Shown: positions 60,203-64,000 of the stretch, one piece after another
How the letters are laid out: every line of letters starts with the position of its first letter
Position numbering within the stretch: position 1 is the stretch's first letter
Assembly (NCBI GenBank): GCA_030747595.1
Contig: JASLKK010000001.1
Coordinates: 242,133-306,132 of the forward strand
Direction of reading: 5' to 3'
Origin: Acidimicrobiales bacterium
GTDB lineage: Bacteria > Actinomycetota > Acidimicrobiia > Acidimicrobiales > MedAcidi-G1
DNA length: 64,000 nt
Made by a program: the position numbers and the translations under genes
The notes under the pieces: generated by a model
Database searches by the model: none
Told to the model about the DNA's origin: nothing
Seen by the model: the letters and a program-made list of their open reading frames with translations, nothing else

Positions 60203-62806
60203 ATGTCTGCTACTCCCGAGACCCTGCCCACCGCCGCCGGCCTCCGCCGGGCCTTTGTCGACTTCTTCATCGAGAACGGCCACCATCATGAGGCATCCGG
60301 GAGCCTGATCCCCCACGACCCAACGCTGCTGTTCACGGTGGCCGGGATGGTGCCGTTCAAGCCGTACTTCGTGGGCGAGCAGCCCGCGCCCTGGGACAGG
60401 GCAGTCACCGTCCAGAAATGCGTGCGGGCCGGCGGCAAGCACAACGATCTCGACGAGGTGGGACGCACCAGTCGGCATCTCACCTTCTTCGAGATGATGG
60501 GCAACTTCAGCTTCGGCGACTACTTCAAGTCTCAGGCCTGTGCCTTTGCCTGGGAGTTCGTGACCGATGTTCTGGGCCTGGATCCCGAACGACTATGGAT
60601 CACCGTGCACGTAAGTGACGACGAGGCGGAGGCCATCTGGCGTGACGAGGTGGGTGTCCCCGCCGAGCGGATCCAACGTCTCGACGAGGACAACTACTGG
60701 CGGATGGCCGACACCGGTCCGTGCGGCCCGTGCTCGGAAATCTTCTGGGACAAAGGCCCGGCGTTCGGTGACGATGGTGGTCCGGCCCACGGAGACGACG
60801 AGCGGTTCATCGAGATCTGGAATCTCGTGTTCATGCAGTTCGAGCAGCATGACGACGGGTCGATGACCGAGCTGCCCGCGCCGTCCATCGACACCGGTGC
60901 CGGCCTGGAGCGGATCCTGAGCGTGCTGGGCGGCGTGGACTCAGTCTGGGAGACCGACGAGTTCGATCGCCTCCTGACCCGTATCGGCGAACTCAGCGGG
61001 ATCCCCCACGGGTCCGGCGACCGGACCGACGTGTCTCAGCGGATCCTGGCTGACCATGCCCGGTCGTCGACCTTCATGATCAGCGACGGTGTGTTCCCCA
61101 GCAACGAGGACCGTGGCTACGTGTTGCGGCGAATCATTCGTCGGGCTGTCCGGCACGCCTGGTTGCTAGGTGTCGAAGACCAGGTCATGCCGGAACTGGT
61201 CGATGCCGTCGTAGGGATCATGGGACCCGACTATCCGGAACTGGTTCGAAACCATGCCTTCGTGCGCGACGTCCTGGACAGAGAGGAGCATCGGTTCCGC
61301 GAGACCCTGCGGACCGGATCGGTGATCCTCGACGAGGCTCTGGACGGGCTGGCCGACGGTGGCCGTCTCGACGGCGACGTGGCCTTCAAGCTCCACGACA
61401 CCTACGGCTTCCCCTTGGAACTGACCGAGGAGATCACCGCCGAGCGTGGCCTCGGGGTGGACCTCGAGGGTTTCCGAGCTGCCATGGCCGACCAGCAGAC
61501 CCGGGCCCGGTCTGCTCGGAAAAGCGCGGGCGGGTCGGCGGCGGCCGGTGACCTGAGGGCCGTGCTCGAAGAGCATGGCGCCACGACGTTCGTGGGGCGT
61601 GAGGTCAATGAGGCCACGGCAACTGTGCTGTACGCCGACGATGACGTGGTGGTGCTCGATCGCACGCCCTTCTACGCCGAGTCGGGAGGCCAGATCGGCG
61701 ATACCGGCACGTTGGTCTTCGAGGGTGGCACCCTGGAGGTGTTCGACACCACGCTGGCTCTCGACGGTCTCCACCGGCACCACATCCAGTTGCCGGATGC
61801 CAGCCAGTCGGATGATGGGCTGGCCGTTGGACAGGAGGTCCGGGCGACCATCGACATCGAACGGCGGGCAGCCATCCGACGCAACCACACCGGAACGCAC
61901 CTCCTGCATTCAGCCCTGCGTCGTGTGCTCGGAGACCACGTCAAGCAGCAGGGCTCCCATGTCGGACCCGATCGGCTCCGGTTCGACTTCAGCCACTTCG
62001 AGGCCCTGACCGCTGAACAGATGACCGCTGTCGAGGACCTGGCCAACGCCGACATTCTCGCCAACCCCTCGTGCAACCATTACGAGACCAGCAAGGATGA
62101 GGCTGAGGCCGCGGGTGCCATTGCCTTCTTCGGCGACAAGTACGGCGACACCGTGCGGGTGCTCGAAGCCGGACCGCACTCGACGGAGTTATGCGGCGGC
62201 ACCCACGTCTCGGCCCTGGGCGATATCGGTCCGATCAGGATCGTGGCCGAGGGCTCCATCGGTTCGAACATCCGTCGGATCGAAGCGTTGACCGGTACCG
62301 CGCCCATTGAGCGACTCCGTGACGTGGAGACGGTCCTGGGGCGTGCTGCCGAACTGGTTGGTGTGCCGGTCGACGACGTCCTTGACGGAATCGAGAAACG
62401 ACTCGCCGAAGCCCGCGCTCTTCGCGGCGAACTGGCCGGCCTGCGAACGGTGGCCGCCCTGGGGCGTGCCGACGAGTTGGCTGAGTCCGCCGAGGACGGA
62501 CTGGTTGTGGCACTGATCGACGGGATCGACCGCGACGGGTTGCGCCAGTTGGCCATGGCGGTTCGTGACCGCGACGGGGTACGGGCCGTTGTCCTGGGTG
62601 CCGCCCCCGAAGGGGGAGGGGCCGCCCTGGTAGCCGCCGTGGCGACGGGCAGTGGTCTGGACGCCGGGGCGCTGGTCGCTGAGGCCGCCCGGACCATCGG
62701 CGGCGGTGGCCGCCCCAATCCCGAGGTGACCGCGGTCGGCGGCAAGGCACCGGAACGCCTGGCCGAGGCACTCGAACAGGCGCGGGCGGCAGCCCAGGCC
62801 GGCTGA
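60203..62806 (+). CDS. alaS: Alanine--tRNA ligase
   Basis: FTVAGMVPFKPYF, RAGGKHNDLDEVG...RHLTFFEMMGNFSFGDYFK, and WNLVFMQF. Editing-domain HTGTHLLH and CGGTHV. Confidence 0.97.
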   Translation: MSATPETLPTAAGLRRAFVDFFIENGHHHEASGSLIPHDPTLLFTVAGMVPFKPYFVGEQPAPWDRAVTVQKCVRAGGKHNDLDEVGRTSRHLTFFEMMGNFSFGDYFKSQACAFAWEFVTDVLGLDPERLWITVHVSDDEAEAIWRDEVGVPAERIQRLDEDNYWRMADTGPCGPCSEIFWDKGPAFGDDGGPAHGDDERFIEIWNLVFMQFEQHDDGSMTELPAPSIDTGAGLERILSVLGGVDSVWETDEFDRLLTRIGELSGIPHGSGDRTDVSQRILADHARSSTFMISDGVFPSNEDRGYVLRRIIRRAVRHAWLLGVEDQVMPELVDAVVGIMGPDYPELVRNHAFVRDVLDREEHRFRETLRTGSVILDEALDGLADGGRLDGDVAFKLHDTYGFPLELTEEITAERGLGVDLEGFRAAMADQQTRARSARKSAGGSAAAGDLRAVLEEHGATTFVGREVNEATATVLYADDDVVVLDRTPFYAESGGQIGDTGTLVFEGGTLEVFDTTLALDGLHRHHIQLPDASQSDDGLAVGQEVRATIDIERRAAIRRNHTGTHLLHSALRRVLGDHVKQQGSHVGPDRLRFDFSHFEALTAEQMTAVEDLANADILANPSCNHYETSKDEAEAAGAIAFFGDKYGDTVRVLEAGPHSTELCGGTHVSALGDIGPIRIVAEGSIGSNIRRIEALTGTAPIERLRDVETVLGRAAELVGVPVDDVLDGIEKRLAEARALRGELAGLRTVAALGRADELAESAEDGLVVALIDGIDRDGLRQLAMAVRDRDGVRAVVLGAAPEGGGAALVAAVATGSGLDAGALVAEAARTIGGGGRPNPEVTAVGGKAPERLAEALEQARAAAQAG

Positions 62807-62811
62807 GACCG

Positions 62812-63249
62812 TTGAGGGCCCTGGGTCTGGACCTGGGGTCCAAGCGGATCGGGGTGGCGGTCAGCGACAGCGACGGCCGGGTGGCTACGCCCATCGAGGT
62901 CGTTCATCGGACTGGCGACCGGCCCGGCGAACATCGCACCCTGGCTGGCCTCGCCGAGGAGTGGGGGGTCGAAGTGGTCGTCGTCGGCATCCCGTACTCC
63001 CTGGATGGGTCGGTGGGCCCCATGGCCGAAGCCATGGCGGCGGAAGCCACCCTTCTGGCGCAGGTCCTGGGTGAACGGCCGGGGGTTCCGGTCGAGACCT
63101 ACGATGAACGCCTGACCACCGTGACCGCCGAACGGGCCCTCCGTGAACAGGACCTCCGAGCTCCGCAACGCCGGAAGGTGGTCGACATGGTGGCCGCAGC
63201 GGTCATGCTCCAAGGGTGGCTGGATGCCCGCCGGGAGGCCCTCGGGTGA
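62812..63249 (+). CDS. ruvX: YqgF/RuvX putative pre-16S rRNA nuclease (Holliday junction resolvase-like)
   Basis: TTG start. RALGLDLGSKRIGVAVSD, and DERLTTVTAER. Confidence 0.9.
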   Translation: MRALGLDLGSKRIGVAVSDSDGRVATPIEVVHRTGDRPGEHRTLAGLAEEWGVEVVVVGIPYSLDGSVGPMAEAMAAEATLLAQVLGERPGVPVETYDERLTTVTAERALREQDLRAPQRRKVVDMVAAAVMLQGWLDARREALG

Positions 63250-64000
63250 CCGGCTCGCCGCCGGCCCCCGATTCCCACGGGGCCCCCGATCAGCACCAGC
63301 CCCGCCCCGATGTCCGCTGGGTCCGTCATCGACCGTTGTTGGGGCCATTCCCACGATGGGGACTGGTGATGGCCCTGGTGCTACTGGCCCTCGTCGTCGG
63401 CTATCGGCTGTTCCTGGGGTGGGTGGACGACCAGATGACGCCCGAGGCGCTTCCCGGCGACGAGGTGGAGTTCTCCATTGTTGAGGGCTGGTCGACCAAT
63501 GACGTGGTGGTTTCGCTCGGCGATGCCGGGGTGATCGACAACCCGGCCATGTTCCGTCAGTGGATGCGATGCCCCTCAGCTATTCGTTGGCTGATCGGCT
63601 GCGAGTCCGGCATCGAGTACTCGTTTCAGGCTGGGGACTACGTCCTCAGGGAACACCTCGGGTTCGAGGCCGTGGTGGCCCTCCTCGACGAGGGGCCGAT
63701 CCCCGAGGAGGTCATAAGGGTGACTGTGCCCGAGGGCCTGACCGTTGAGCAGACGGTGCAACGACTGCTGCGCGAGATGCCGCTCTTTGAAGAGGACGAA
63801 CTGCGGGCTTCGCTGGTCAGCGATCGTCTCCAATGGGAGCACGGGTCGACCGGGCACCGGGAACGGGCGCTCGAGGGTCTGCTATTTGGCGACACGTACC
63901 AACTGGATGAAGCAACCGTGGCTGATGAACTGGGCCTGGTGCTCCGAATGCACCAGCAGTTCCGTCGGGTGGTCGAGCAGTTGGACCTCGTGGCCCGGTC
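63246..64000 (+). CDS. mltG: Endolytic murein transglycosylase MltG/YceG, N-terminal roughly 250 aa; runs off the right edge
   Basis: Absent from the ORF track because it has no stop in the window. Hand translation from the GTG at 63246 (GTGA overlap with the ruvX stop) stays open to base 64000. It shows a TM helix (LVMALVLLALVVGYRLF), then FSIVEGWSTNDV, VTVPEGLTVEQ, and LEGLLFGDTYQL (compare the MltG EGYLFPDTY motif). Confidence 0.85.
   Translation, partial: MTGSPPAPDSHGAPDQHQPRPDVRWVRHRPLLGPFPRWGLVMALVLLALVVGYRLFLGWVDDQMTPEALPGDEVEFSIVEGWSTNDVVVSLGDAGVIDNPAMFRQWMRCPSAIRWLIGCESGIEYSFQAGDYVLREHLGFEAVVALLDEGPIPEEVIRVTVPEGLTVEQTVQRLLREMPLFEEDELRASLVSDRLQWEHGSTGHRERALEGLLFGDTYQLDEATVADELGLVLRMHQQFRRVVEQLDLVAR

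Overview
High-GC (visually about 65-70% G+C) actinobacterial-type chromosome. It is densely coding and mostly housekeeping, and many adjacent genes overlap by 4 nt (ATGA/GTGA). I found no rRNA, tRNA, CRISPR array, transposase or integrase.

Gene content falls into two parts.

(1) Bases 1-37200: a cell-envelope glycan and nucleotide-sugar region.
- An off-edge GT2, an LpdA-like flavoprotein, accA/birA and a class IV aminotransferase.
- An LCP ligase, three GT4 genes, a His-rich anchored protein, manC-like and galE.
- An AT-richer accessory lipoprotein.
- A co-directional rmd-gmd-cofD-cofE string.
- A giant GT2/polytopic membrane protein with a DUF5719-like partner.
- ftsH.
- A CPBP / GT-C-like / GtrA-GT2-PMM operon.
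- trm112-like, manA, ahcY and udk.

(2) Bases 37400-64000: a core actinobacterial block. It contains pgsA1-patA-pimA, an M48-like pseudo-protease with a DUF3048 lipoprotein, pdxS/pdxT, yebC, ruvCAB, queA-tgt, yajC-secDF, rel, hisS, aspS, rarA, alaS, ruvX and mltG (runs off the right edge).

From memory, the gene order resembles the M. tuberculosis Rv3248c-Rv3267 and Rv2553c-Rv2612c neighbourhoods.

Most noteworthy observations:
- A single ORF fuses a GtrA-like module, a polyprenyl-phosphate-type GT2 and a phosphomannomutase. It is translationally coupled to a large GT-C-like membrane protein and a CPBP protease.
- An uncharacterised giant GT2-membrane protein is paired with a DUF5719-like protein.
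- An AT-richer lipoprotein with TTEAP repeats and a degenerate M23-like domain interrupts otherwise conserved synteny.
- A 4 x 14-bp non-coding tandem repeat lies between convergent genes.

All functional calls come from motif recognition by eye. No database search was run.
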